Origin: an uncultured Oligoflexales bacterium | Lineage (GTDB): Bacteria > Bdellovibrionota_B > Oligoflexia > Oligoflexales > CAZZCU01 | Direction of reading: 5' to 3' | Length of the DNA: 64,000 nucleotides | Assembly: GCA_964652825.1 (NCBI GenBank) | Contig: CAZZCU010000001.1 | Location: 67,249 to 131,248 of the forward strand | Shown: one piece after another, positions 29,608-39,409 of the stretch | Layout: every line of letters begins with the position of its first letter | Numbering within the stretch: the stretch's first letter is position 1 | The notes under the pieces: generated by a model | The model's database searches: none | What the model was told of the DNA's origin: nothing | Seen by the model: the letters and a program-made list of their open reading frames with translations, nothing else | Translations under genes and position numbers: made by a program

Positions 29608-30588
29608 TTAGCCCGCGAAGTTGGCACTGATCAAACTAGCAAACGCTAGCAAATTAACAGAAAGCGAAGAAACATTATCTTGTGCTGCGACTTGCGCAAC
29701 TTGCGAGTTAACATGGTTAATGCTGGATAAAACGACATCGTCTTCAGCATCAACGGATGCGCCCGTAACAGAAGAATAATGATAGATGGTTTGGCCAACC
29801 GCTAGGTTGTCCGGGTTGTTAACAGAGTCATTCAGACGCCAGATAGTGCGCCATGCGTTATGGTCGCCCATGCGACGCGCGATAGAAGCCAAGGTATCGC
29901 CTTGACCAACAGTGACTTCGGCTTTGGGTTGATTTTCGTAAGCGGATGCAAAAGCCATCGCTTGTTCGGTTAAACGATAGTAAACCACGTCGCCTGGATA
30001 AATACGGCTGGGGTTCTGCAAGCTGGAAAGATTTTTGATATCCCGCCACATGCTGACATCACCGTAGATTTTCTTGGCGATATTGCCGAGCGTGTCACCT
30101 GGTTGAACGATGTAAGGCATCTTGGAATTCATTTCCGGTAAACCATTACCTGCCGGAGCACCCATTGCAACTGGTGCCGCATCTGTCGGAGCTGGAACCA
30201 TCGGCGCAGCTTCTGCGGGCACTTCTTCAACAGGAGCTACTTCAGCTACTGTTTCAGCCTGTGCCGGCGGAGTCGTCTGATCGAAACCTTGATTCATCTC
30301 CGAGATGATTTCCTGCAAGTCGCTACCGGTTTGATTGCCTTGGGCTAGGGTTTCGTCGCCGTACTCATTAGCTGCGACTTCATTGCCTTCATCGCCCGAA
30401 TTTTCTGCTGTGTTGTTGGTTTCATTGTCGCCGCCCTCTGCGGCATCGTTATACTCTTCCCCATCTTCGCTTGTCTCTACCTCGTCCCCTTGTTCCTGTT
30501 GTTGCGAGCTTGAACAAGCCCCAACGCCAAGATGGGCCAGCAGGTAGAGAGCAAGGACACCGAAACGGTGTACGCCTCTTAACCTCAT
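29608..30588 (-). CDS. LysM-domain lipoprotein with acidic low-complexity linker
   Basis: Lipobox LGVGAC after MRLRGVHRFGVLALYLLAH. ATG 30588 has GGAGG upstream, whereas the track start is 30633. Two LysM-like repeats (YIVQPGDTLGNIAKKIYG; VTVGQGDTLASIARRMG). Confidence 0.8.
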   Translation of the reverse strand: MRLRGVHRFGVLALYLLAHLGVGACSSSQQQEQGDEVETSEDGEEYNDAAEGGDNETNNTAENSGDEGNEVAANEYGDETLAQGNQTGSDLQEIISEMNQGFDQTTPPAQAETVAEVAPVEEVPAEAAPMVPAPTDAAPVAMGAPAGNGLPEMNSKMPYIVQPGDTLGNIAKKIYGDVSMWRDIKNLSSLQNPSRIYPGDVVYYRLTEQAMAFASAYENQPKAEVTVGQGDTLASIARRMGDHNAWRTIWRLNDSVNNPDNLAVGQTIYHYSSVTGASVDAEDDVVLSSINHVNSQVAQVAAQDNVSSLSVNLLAFASLISANFAG

Positions 30589-30896
30589 TCCATCTTTCCT
30601 CCGTGAAAAATTATAATAATTGGCCACGCTCAATTCATCGGCGATATCTGAAATGAACTTTAGTTACCATTACAAACCAAACTCGCGAAACCCGCAATGG
30701 GCAGGCTTTTCCCGGCATTTTGTACATGGTGTCCATCGCATCGGACCCGTCTGGTGGTCCCCTGGCAAACTGTAATGATTTTAAGCAGTCATCTAGGCAG
30801 CAGACGTTGCCGCCACAAAAATATCAGTGATTACATAGTGTTAAATGATGATTAGACGGGCATATGCTTTGCATAAGCAGGGTTCGAGGGCTGAAT

Positions 30897-31733
30897 ATGC
30901 ACTACTCTATATATCTATTCATCGTCGGACTGCTGTTGCTAAGTATCTACGCCGTGCTAGCTTCGCGCTTCTCCTATTTTCGTAACAGCGCCAAAGCCGG
31001 ACTGAATATTTGGGCAAGTCTACTACCAACTATTTCACTTATCGTTCTGGCATTTATAATCATTGTTAATTTCGGAACTTTATCGGGCGATGCCAAAAAG
31101 ATTTTATCGTTGCGCCCCTATTTGACCACTGCTGATCTGGTAACTGTCGCTATATGTCTACCGCTTCTGGCTATGCGTCTTGGTTACATCATCAGCGCGG
31201 CTATGACGTTGTTTCTGCTGCAGCGCATTTTGTTTGGTTTTGTTACCACCGATCCCGGAACCGGTTTTGTAATTTTGGTTAGCTGCTTGTCTTGCTTAGC
31301 AGTACTGGGCGATAAATTGCCGTGGTTTGATCCTCGGCGCGCATCGATAACCGCGCAAAAGTTTAGAGAAATACTGATTATATTTTCGTGTTTTTCGGCT
31401 TTGACCATTATTTTTACTTCGCTCATCAAGCTACCATTATTGTCACGTTGGTTGCTGGTGGTATTCAATCTCACACCACCACCCGAAGCAGTGGTTGGTA
31501 TATTGGTGGTGTTGCTTAGTGGTTGGATGATTATCGCTCTCGGTTTAACGCGACATATATTGTTGCCTTTTGTTTTATTACCCAGTCTGATGCTGGTGGC
31601 TTTTGTTACCGATTGGCCCACTTATGCCTTAGCCATCACTTTTGCAGTAACTATTTGTTTGGCCATTGCAACTGCCGAACGTCGTATCAACAACCATCTA
31701 TATCTCTCTCGATCGTCAACGCTTTTCTCGTAA
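30897..31733 (+). CDS. polytopic integral membrane protein (hypothetical)
   Basis: About 8 hydrophobic segments. ATG 30897 has GAGGG 6 nt upstream, whereas the track start is 30864. Visibly more A+T-rich than neighbours. No family recognised. Confidence 0.55.
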   Translation: MHYSIYLFIVGLLLLSIYAVLASRFSYFRNSAKAGLNIWASLLPTISLIVLAFIIIVNFGTLSGDAKKILSLRPYLTTADLVTVAICLPLLAMRLGYIISAAMTLFLLQRILFGFVTTDPGTGFVILVSCLSCLAVLGDKLPWFDPRRASITAQKFREILIIFSCFSALTIIFTSLIKLPLLSRWLLVVFNLTPPPEAVVGILVVLLSGWMIIALGLTRHILLPFVLLPSLMLVAFVTDWPTYALAITFAVTICLAIATAERRINNHLYLSRSSTLFS

Positions 31734-31818
31734 ATACCAAATTCCAATCCGCAGAAACTCCTCGGCGCCTTTATTGACGGGGGCTACAGGACTTCGCTAA
31801 GCTAGTAATAGAACCAAA

Positions 31819-31843
31819 GTGGGAAATCGTGGGTAATCCTGGA
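31819..31843 (+). promoter_or_regulatory. candidate MraZ operator: GTGGG-type direct repeats with 10-bp spacing upstream of mraZ
   Basis: GTGGGAAATC GTGGGTAATC CTGGAGCAAG: repeats start at 31819, 31829 and 31839. A possible promoter lies just upstream (TTGACG 31774-31779, TAAGCT 31798-31803, 18-nt spacer). Confidence 0.55.
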
Positions 31844-31860
31844 GCAAGCTGCGGGGACGT

Positions 31861-32313
31861 ATGTTTCGCGGGCGTTACGAACATTCTGTCGATGACAAGG
31901 GACGACTGGCCGTGCCAGCCAAGTTCCGTGATGTACTTGGCCATACTGATGGTGGCGAAGTAAACATCGTCGTGACTAATTTTGATCGCTGCCTGGTTGC
32001 GTACTCGATGCCAGAATGGGAAATCCTCGAGAAAAAAATCGTCGCGCTACCGCAACTTGATCCGCGTATTCTCGCATTTCAGCGTTATTTTGTTTCGGCG
32101 GCAAGCGAATGCTCCATCGATAAATCAGGCCGCGTGCTATTGCCCGGCAACCTGCGCAGCTTTGCTGGCATCGATCACGAATGCGTGTTGGCAGGTCAGT
32201 TGTCCAAATTTGAAATTTGGTCGGCTGAGCGTTGGAACGAAGAATTCCGCGTACTATCGGATCAATTTACCAGTTTAATAAAAACCATGGCGGATTTTGG
32301 CGTACAGTTGTGA
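31861..32313 (+). CDS. mraZ: transcriptional regulator MraZ
   Basis: MFRGRYEHSVDDKGRLAVPAKFR and a second DKSGRVLLPGNLR SpoVT/AbrB-type repeat. Confidence 0.95.
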   Translation: MFRGRYEHSVDDKGRLAVPAKFRDVLGHTDGGEVNIVVTNFDRCLVAYSMPEWEILEKKIVALPQLDPRILAFQRYFVSAASECSIDKSGRVLLPGNLRSFAGIDHECVLAGQLSKFEIWSAERWNEEFRVLSDQFTSLIKTMADFGVQL

Positions 32314-33275
32314 CGGATTTTAAACATCAAACCGTCCTGCTGCACGAAACCGTGAACATGCTTAATCTTCGCGCCGGGGATATCGCAATTGATGCGACAG
32401 CCGGTGGCGGCGGCCATACCCACGAGTTACTGAAAGCCGTGGGTACCACGGGACGGGTGGTCGCCATCGATAGAGATACTCGTTCCATTGATGTTCTGCA
32501 AAAACGATTTCATGAAGATATCAATAAGGGGCGTCTGGTGGTCGTGCAAAACAGCTTTTCCAAAATCGGCGCCGTCGTGCAAGACCGACATTTGCACGGC
32601 CAGGTTGCGGGTATCTGTGCCGATCTTGGCGTATCAAGCCCACAGCTTGACGAAGCCGATCGCGGTTTTTCCTTTGCCAAACCAGGTCCGCTCGATATGC
32701 GCATGGATCAAGCCAGTCCCGGCATCACCGCCGCCACACTGGTCAATACGGAATCTGAGCGTGAACTCACCCATCTATTCCGTGAATGCGGCGAAGAACC
32801 CAAAGCACATTTTATCGCACGCGCGATTGTGCGGGCACGCGAAACACAACCGATTGAAACTACCACTCAACTAGCTGACATTGTCGCCGGCGCTATTCAT
32901 TATAAAGAACGTAGTCGCAAGCACCCGGCCACCAAAGTTTTTCAGGCACTACGCATTGCGGTAAATAACGAGCTTGGCGAACTCGACACCTTGCTCGACG
33001 ATGGCTTTGCTTGCTTGCGAAGCGGCGGACGCATGGCGATTATCAGTTTTCATTCGCTGGAAGATCGGCGCGTCAAGCAGCGCTTTCTTTCCTGGTCCGA
33101 TCGCGTTCCAGAAGCCGCTAAACGCGGCGCGCCCATGACTGATGCTGAACTTCAACGGGCGTATCCGGCACTGACCAAGATCATAAAACCTTTTCCCTGC
33201 AAACCGGATAACGAAGAAACCGAAACCAATATCAGATCACGCAGCGCCATTTTGCGAGTCATCGAAAAGTTATGA
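32310..33275 (+). CDS. rsmH: 16S rRNA (cytosine1402-N4)-methyltransferase RsmH
   Basis: HQTVLLHETV, DATAGGGGHT, DLGVSSPQLD, ISFHSLEDRRVK. GTG 32310 overlaps the mraZ stop (GTGA). The track ORF starts at 32232, inside mraZ. Confidence 0.93.
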   Translation: MTDFKHQTVLLHETVNMLNLRAGDIAIDATAGGGGHTHELLKAVGTTGRVVAIDRDTRSIDVLQKRFHEDINKGRLVVVQNSFSKIGAVVQDRHLHGQVAGICADLGVSSPQLDEADRGFSFAKPGPLDMRMDQASPGITAATLVNTESERELTHLFRECGEEPKAHFIARAIVRARETQPIETTTQLADIVAGAIHYKERSRKHPATKVFQALRIAVNNELGELDTLLDDGFACLRSGGRMAIISFHSLEDRRVKQRFLSWSDRVPEAAKRGAPMTDAELQRAYPALTKIIKPFPCKPDNEETETNIRSRSAILRVIEKL

Positions 33276-33305
33276 TTCGCACTGGTCTGCCAGAGGAGTT
33301 TTAGT

Positions 33306-33572
33306 ATGAAGCTATTCGGAAGATTGCGTATACTGGTCATGGCCAGTCTTGCAACAGTGTTTTGTTGCGCGTTCTTGCGCGTGCATATGCGCGTGCAATC
33401 AACTTTGATCGGTTACGAATTAGGTCGATTGAAGGCGGAAGAGGCCGAATTGTTGGAAAAACGCAGCGTATTGCAAATGGATCTCGCGCGTCTTACCACC
33501 AAAGGGCATTTATCTATGATGGTATCCGTTAAGGATTCGCCTCAAAGCGTATCGGCGGTTGCTATCAGGTAA
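33306..33572 (+). CDS. ftsL: cell division protein FtsL-like
   Basis: 88 aa with one N-terminal TM followed by a coiled-coil-like segment (LGRLKAEEAELLEKRSVLQMDLARL). Sits in the canonical position between rsmH and ftsI. Confidence 0.65.
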   Translation: MKLFGRLRILVMASLATVFCCAFLRVHMRVQSTLIGYELGRLKAEEAELLEKRSVLQMDLARLTTKGHLSMMVSVKDSPQSVSAVAIR

Positions 33573-33578
33573 GGGTGT

Positions 33579-35447
33579 TTGAAGAACAAATTACCAAAAC
33601 TTGCTTGGTTTTTTCCCGCGAAATTTTCTCGTCGCGCCAGTCGACGTCGACAGCAACCAGCGCCGCCTGGTCATGTCCATGAAAAATCCGCCGTCCTTCT
33701 GTTGTTAGCGTTCCTGACAATTTTTGCTGTAATCGCCGGTCGCGCGATCTTAATCCAAATTTTTCCGCTCTATTCCGACAACCTCTCGCCCATTGCTGAT
33801 CGACAATACAATCAACAGATCGAGCTAGCCCCCTATCGTGGCGCGATTTATGACCGCCGGCGAGAACCGATCGCCATCAGTACGCGCCTGCCATCACTGT
33901 TTGTGAACCCGCGCATCTTCCATCCCACTCCCGATGACGTAAACAAGTTGGCGACAATTTTGCGCATGGATAAGAAAAAAATCCGCGGCATCGCCAATAA
34001 GAAAAATTATTTTTCCTGGTTAGCGCGCAAGGTACCAAAACACACCGCGCAACAAGCACTTAGCCTGAACATCAAAGGACTCGACGCCATCAATGAGCCC
34101 AATCGCTTCTATCCCGCTGGCTCGTCAGCATCTAATTTAATCGGAGCCGTCGGCCTCGACGACACGGGTCTTCTCGGCATCGAGCGTTACTTTGAGAAGT
34201 ATTTGCGCGGCGATCCAATCAAAATGCATTTGTTCAAGGACGCGCGCGGACAGCTGATCTTTAAGGAATCAACCCAAGCAGCCCCCGAGAAACCCGGTCA
34301 TAATATTCACTTAACCATTGATCGTGCTATTCAGGATATTGCCGAGGAAGCTTTGATCAAAGGCGTACGTACCGCCCAAGCCAAAAGCGGATTTGCCATC
34401 GTTTCCGATCCCCACACCGGCCGAATTCTCGCGGTCGCCAACTATCCAACCTTCAATCCAAATGACATCCAAAAACTGGATATGAAACGTACTACGAATA
34501 AAGCATTGATGGATGGATTTGAGCCAGGCTCGGTCACCAAAACCTTTATCATTGCCGAAGCTATCGAACAGCGCAAAACCACACCCGACACTCTCTACGA
34601 CTGCGAGGATGGTGTGTATCAGGTTGGTGGTGTGACCTTCCGCGATTCGCACAAGCCGCCGGCTCGACTCATGACGACGACACAGACTCTGGTGCATTCC
34701 AGCAATGTTTGTATCTTTAAAATCGCCGAGACGCTCGGCAAACAACGATTGTACGACGGGCTAAAAAAATACGGCATCGGCGGCGGCACAGTGAGTCTTG
34801 GCTTTGCTGGCGAAGCCCGCGGTTATATCAGCAATCCTGACAATTGGCGGCCGATTCGTTTTGCCAATATCGCTTTCGGCCAAGGCTTTATGACCAACGG
34901 CTTTGAACTGGTGCAAGCTTTTGGCGCTATCGCCAACGGCGGCAATCTTATGCAACCCTATCTCGTCAGCAAGATCGAATCCGCTTCCGGATCAACCATC
35001 ATCAGCCACTCGTCGCAAATCGAGCGACGTGTTATGACACCGGAAACCGCAAAAACCATGCGTCGGATTCTGCAGAAAGTTGTGGACGACGGCGCCAAGG
35101 CCGCGGCAATGGACGATTATACTGCCGGCGGCAAAACCGGCACTGCGGAGAAGGTTGATCCGGCTACGCGCGCTTATTCCTCGACTAAACGTCTTGCCAG
35201 CTTCGCCGGCATTGCCCCGATCAGTGATCCACATCTGGTCGTGTATGTGGCGATCGATGAACCCGGCAAACGGCCATATTATGGCGCTCTATGGGCGGCG
35301 CCGGTATTCAAGGAAATAACGGAACAAACGCTTCGCTATTTGAATGTTGCCCCGGACAAGGTAAAAGAGTCCCCAGCGAAGGATTCGCCAATGAAGCGCG
35401 TTGCTACGGGGCAGAGTGATGAACAGCGCTCAACCACCATCCATTAA
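33579..35447 (+). CDS. ftsI: penicillin-binding protein 3-type transpeptidase FtsI
   Basis: SxxK (GSVTKTF), SxN (HSSNV), KTG (GKTGTAEK) motifs and an N-terminal TM. TTG start per the track. Confidence 0.92.
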   Translation: MKNKLPKLAWFFPAKFSRRASRRRQQPAPPGHVHEKSAVLLLLAFLTIFAVIAGRAILIQIFPLYSDNLSPIADRQYNQQIELAPYRGAIYDRRREPIAISTRLPSLFVNPRIFHPTPDDVNKLATILRMDKKKIRGIANKKNYFSWLARKVPKHTAQQALSLNIKGLDAINEPNRFYPAGSSASNLIGAVGLDDTGLLGIERYFEKYLRGDPIKMHLFKDARGQLIFKESTQAAPEKPGHNIHLTIDRAIQDIAEEALIKGVRTAQAKSGFAIVSDPHTGRILAVANYPTFNPNDIQKLDMKRTTNKALMDGFEPGSVTKTFIIAEAIEQRKTTPDTLYDCEDGVYQVGGVTFRDSHKPPARLMTTTQTLVHSSNVCIFKIAETLGKQRLYDGLKKYGIGGGTVSLGFAGEARGYISNPDNWRPIRFANIAFGQGFMTNGFELVQAFGAIANGGNLMQPYLVSKIESASGSTIISHSSQIERRVMTPETAKTMRRILQKVVDDGAKAAAMDDYTAGGKTGTAEKVDPATRAYSSTKRLASFAGIAPISDPHLVVYVAIDEPGKRPYYGALWAAPVFKEITEQTLRYLNVAPDKVKESPAKDSPMKRVATGQSDEQRSTTIH

Positions 35448-36960
35448 AATCCACTTTGACGAAGCACTGCAGTTGCTGCGGCAGCAAGGTCTTTTAATTG
35501 GCGCATCAAGCACAACGCCTGACTCTCAAGCGGCAACGCCTGAATTAACCGTCGATTCGCGACTCGCCACCCACGCGCATATTTTTCTCGCCTATCGCGG
35601 CGTTGCCCACGATGGACACCAGCATATTGCAACTCTGCAAAAATCTGGGGTCGCGGCAATTATCTGCGAAGATGTGACGTTCATTGACCAAAAAATTCCA
35701 ACGCCGTGGCTTCAAGTCACCAACGCCCGCGCCGCCTGGGCGTGGCTGTCGGCACTAGCCTTTAAGCACCCACAGCGCCATATGCGTTTTATCGGCGTCA
35801 CCGGCACCAACGGTAAAACCAGCACCGCCTGGTATTGCCGACAACTATTACAGCAATTCGGCATTCCAGCCGTGACGATCGGAACACTGGGTATGTGGTT
35901 GGGAGATGAATTTATTCCTTCGCAACATACGACACCTGATCCACCGGTGCTATTTGCGATTTTAGCGCGCGCCAAAGCCGCTGGCATCAACATCGTGGTG
36001 ATGGAATGTTCTTCGCACGCAATCGCGCAACACAAACTCGATCCACTTAAATTTGACGCGCTGGCTTTTACCAGTTTTACTCGTGATCATCTTGATTTAC
36101 ACGGCAGTATGCCCGAGTACTTCGCAACCAAGTGGCGTTTGTTTGAAAATTGCACGCGGCCTGACGCTCGCATGGTATTTGCTTCGGCCATCCCGGAAAC
36201 GATCGATATCACCAAGCTAGCGACAACCGATGTCTGGTGCTACGGCTTGAATGCCGACAACAAAGCTAAAACCTGGAATATTCAACATATACTTCAGGTA
36301 AGTATTCAATCTTTGACCGCCCGCGACAGCCATTTTTCCTTCGTCGCAGATGGCGAACAACGCAGCGGCTGTGCAGCACTGCCCGCCGACTATGCAACCG
36401 AAAATCTTGCCGCCGCAACTTTGTTGACCGAAGGTATTGTCGGCAAAAAAATTCCGCCCGCCTATTGGCAGAATATTATAGCGCCGCCGGGAAGAATGCA
36501 GGTAGTTGCACATGAAGGTGGGCCGATAGTTATCGTCGACTACGCTCACACGCCGGATGCTCTAGAGAAAACACTTAGTGGCGCGCGCGCACTTGGCAAT
36601 GGCAGGCTGTGGGTGGTATTCGGCTGCGGCGGTGATCGCGATCGCGGCAAACGCCCACAAATGGGCGAAGTAGCTTCGCGACTCACCGATAAAATAATCA
36701 TCACATCCGACAACCCTCGCACCGAGAATCCAGATGAAATTCTCAACGAGATTGATGTTGGGATCAGCGAACGACAAAAGGTGCGACGAGAAATTGACCG
36801 GGCTAAAGCCATTCAACTCGCCATTGCCGAAGCTGACGCCGCTGATGTGATCGTGATTGCCGGCAAAGGACATGAAAACTATCAAATCATCGGCGATAAA
36901 ACTCTGTCCTTTGATGACACGGCTGTTGCCAAACAAGCATTGATGAAAGTCTGGTCATGA
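35419..36960 (+). CDS. murE: UDP-N-acetylmuramoyl-L-alanyl-D-glutamate--2,6-diaminopimelate ligase MurE
   Basis: GVTGTNGKTSTA P-loop, Mur ligase middle and C domains (DYAHTPDALE, GCGGDRDRGKRP, SDNPRTE). ATG 35419 is preferred over the track start 35401. Confidence 0.92.
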   Translation: MNSAQPPSIKIHFDEALQLLRQQGLLIGASSTTPDSQAATPELTVDSRLATHAHIFLAYRGVAHDGHQHIATLQKSGVAAIICEDVTFIDQKIPTPWLQVTNARAAWAWLSALAFKHPQRHMRFIGVTGTNGKTSTAWYCRQLLQQFGIPAVTIGTLGMWLGDEFIPSQHTTPDPPVLFAILARAKAAGINIVVMECSSHAIAQHKLDPLKFDALAFTSFTRDHLDLHGSMPEYFATKWRLFENCTRPDARMVFASAIPETIDITKLATTDVWCYGLNADNKAKTWNIQHILQVSIQSLTARDSHFSFVADGEQRSGCAALPADYATENLAAATLLTEGIVGKKIPPAYWQNIIAPPGRMQVVAHEGGPIVIVDYAHTPDALEKTLSGARALGNGRLWVVFGCGGDRDRGKRPQMGEVASRLTDKIIITSDNPRTENPDEILNEIDVGISERQKVRREIDRAKAIQLAIAEADAADVIVIAGKGHENYQIIGDKTLSFDDTAVAKQALMKVWS

Positions 36961-38267
36961 CGACAAAGATTTCACCGCAACAACGTTGGTTGATCATCGG
37001 TGGCGGAATCTCCGGCATCGGAGCAGCAGCTTATCTTGAAAAAATCGGCTGTAAGGTCACTCTGTCCGATCAACAACAGCTGACGAAAAATTGTCGCGAA
37101 AAATTAGCCAAACTTTCTGTGACGATAAATATCGGGCCACAGACCACTGACCTGCTCACAACCTGCGACGGCATCATCGTAAGTCCAGGAGTTCCCTTTT
37201 CCGCTCCCATTTTGGTTGCCGCAAGACAAAAGAGGGTGCCGATTTTAACGGAGATTGATTTAGCCTTAAATCAGTATCGCGGCCAGGTGGTGGGCATTAC
37301 CGGCACCAACGGCAAATCAACTACTACCGTTATGATCGAGCACCTGCTAAAGAACGCCGGCGTCACTGCTATTGCAGGTGGTAATTTAGGGACACCTGCA
37401 ACAGAATTAACCATGCCCGGAACACAAGCCCCGGATGTCTTGTTGCTTGAACTGTCGTCTTATCAATTGGAACAAACAAAAACTTTTCGGGCTACGGCTG
37501 CGGTATTTACCAGCTTTTCGCATGATCACATGGGCCGTCACGGAACACTGGAAAATTATTTTCGCGCCAAGTGGCATTTGTTTGATGGCATGCAATCCTC
37601 AGATCTTGCCGTTATGGGTCCGGAGATTATTCCATTGGCCAGAAAGCTTGGGTGTTCGGCTCTAAAAGCGAAAACCCGGATTTATGAAACACCCGCCGAT
37701 ATCTTTGCTGACGAATTGCGTGCACAAAATATTCTCGAACCACATAATCAACTGAATGCGAGCTTCGCTCTTGCGGTTGCTGAACACATAACCAAAAAAA
37801 CGCGCCCCGAATTGCTGCCCTTATTCGAGGGCTTTCGCGGTCTCCCTTATCGCTTTGAAAACATCGGACGCATTCATGGTCAGTCAGTATACAACGATAG
37901 CAAGTCCACGAATGTGGAGTCGGTCTTAGTCGCATTACGCAGCGTTCAAACACCCTGTCTGCTCTTGTTAGGCGGTCAAAGCAAAGGCGAACCGTTCGCG
38001 CCAATCATTGATCAGCATGGTAGCCAAATCGCTCGAATTCTCTGCTTTGGTGCTTCGGGGCGCGAAATTCATGATCAACTGCAGGCGCAAAAACCATGCG
38101 TTCTTTATCCAACCCTTGCCGCACTGTTGAATGGCATTGACCAAGAGCTACGCTCGGTCAGTGGGCCGATTGTTTTCTCACCGGGCTGTGCGAGCTTTGA
38201 TGAATTTGATAACTTTGAACATAGAGGGCGTTTCTTTAACGAACAATTGCAAAGCTATTTGGATTGA
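36957..38267 (+). CDS. murD: UDP-N-acetylmuramoylalanine--D-glutamate ligase MurD
   Basis: N-terminal Rossmann-like IIGGGISGIGAAAYL, GITGTNGKSTTT, NDSKSTN. The ATG overlaps the murE stop (ATGA 36957-36960). Confidence 0.9.
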   Translation: MTTKISPQQRWLIIGGGISGIGAAAYLEKIGCKVTLSDQQQLTKNCREKLAKLSVTINIGPQTTDLLTTCDGIIVSPGVPFSAPILVAARQKRVPILTEIDLALNQYRGQVVGITGTNGKSTTTVMIEHLLKNAGVTAIAGGNLGTPATELTMPGTQAPDVLLLELSSYQLEQTKTFRATAAVFTSFSHDHMGRHGTLENYFRAKWHLFDGMQSSDLAVMGPEIIPLARKLGCSALKAKTRIYETPADIFADELRAQNILEPHNQLNASFALAVAEHITKKTRPELLPLFEGFRGLPYRFENIGRIHGQSVYNDSKSTNVESVLVALRSVQTPCLLLLGGQSKGEPFAPIIDQHGSQIARILCFGASGREIHDQLQAQKPCVLYPTLAALLNGIDQELRSVSGPIVFSPGCASFDEFDNFEHRGRFFNEQLQSYLD

Positions 38268-39409
38268 GCATGCGCAAATCCCTGGCACCTTTATTTAATT
38301 CCGAGCGCATGACGTTAATTTGCCTTGTCGGTTTCTTAACTGGCATTGGTTTGCTGGCCATTTATGCGTCCTCAAGCATTCCGGCTTCGCAGCGCACCGG
38401 CGATGAATTCATTTTTCTTCGTAAACAAGCCATAGTCGCAGCCGTCGGGTTTATCGGCATCTTTGCCGTAGGTCATATGCCACTGCGTTGGCTCGATCGC
38501 CTGCCGTTACCGATGGCGGGACTTGCACTTGGTTCCTTGTTACTGCTATTCGTCCCTGGCTTGGGTGCGCGAGTGGGCGGCGCCACCCGTTGGCTGGAAT
38601 TGGCGGGCTTTCGTTTTCAGCCATCCGAGTTGGCAAAGCTGGCACTAGTGCTCATTCTTGCCAAGAATCTCAGCCGACCGCGCAGCGTTATATCTAATTT
38701 TCGCGTGGGAATTCTGCCCAATGTTTTGCTTCTGAGCATCTTTATCGGCTTACTACTCTTACAGCCGGATTTTGGCACCGCGTCGCTTCTGTTCATCGTT
38801 ACCTTTTTGATGCTGTTCGCAGCCGGTCTACCCCGTCGCTATATTTTTGGCTCGATGGCAGTCGGGCTTGCTGGACTGATCATTGGTATCTTGGCGGCAC
38901 CCTATCGCATTATACGGCTTGTCAGTTACCTGGATCCTTGGACAGAGATGCGCGGCAGTGGCTTTCAAATCATTCAAAGTTACCTGGCGTTTCAAAATGG
39001 CGGTCTCTTGGGTGTCGGCCTGGGTGAGTCCAGACAAAAATTGTTCTTTTTGCCCGAGGCCCATACCGATTTCATCCTCTCGGTTATCGGCGAAGAGCTC
39101 GGCCTGGTCGGTGTTCTTTTGGTTTGTAGTTTGTTCGCCTATCTAGCGTGGCTTGGTTTTCGCATCAGTCAACGCCAGCGCACCAACTTTCACAAATTCC
39201 TTGCTCTTGGCTTAACGTGCATGATCTGCACCCAAGCAGCCGTTAATATGGGTGTTACCCTTGGATTACTACCCACCAAAGGCATTCCCCTACCCTTTGT
39301 CAGCAACGGCGCAAGCTCGCTGGTTGTCTTTTTGGCGGCAATTGCTATTCTTGCCCGCTTGAGTCAAGAAGGCGGAATCAACCTTGGCGAGTCTAAAAAA
39401 CCAACTTAA
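38264..39409 (+). CDS. ftsW: SEDS-family peptidoglycan glycosyltransferase FtsW
   Basis: Polytopic. RFQPSELAKL, LQPDFGT, PEAHTDFI, GLLPTKGIPLPFVSNGASS. Start is TTG 38264 (overlaps the murD stop) or ATG 38270. Confidence 0.9.
   Translation: MSMRKSLAPLFNSERMTLICLVGFLTGIGLLAIYASSSIPASQRTGDEFIFLRKQAIVAAVGFIGIFAVGHMPLRWLDRLPLPMAGLALGSLLLLFVPGLGARVGGATRWLELAGFRFQPSELAKLALVLILAKNLSRPRSVISNFRVGILPNVLLLSIFIGLLLLQPDFGTASLLFIVTFLMLFAAGLPRRYIFGSMAVGLAGLIIGILAAPYRIIRLVSYLDPWTEMRGSGFQIIQSYLAFQNGGLLGVGLGESRQKLFFLPEAHTDFILSVIGEELGLVGVLLVCSLFAYLAWLGFRISQRQRTNFHKFLALGLTCMICTQAAVNMGVTLGLLPTKGIPLPFVSNGASSLVVFLAAIAILARLSQEGGINLGESKKPT

Noticed and set aside
30875-30900. GGTTCGAGGG and other GGTTCG-containing strings (also 29489-29505, 8194-8205) checked as tRNA T-arms
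   Set aside because: No complementary stem, acceptor arm or anticodon arm could be built around any of them. No tRNA is called.
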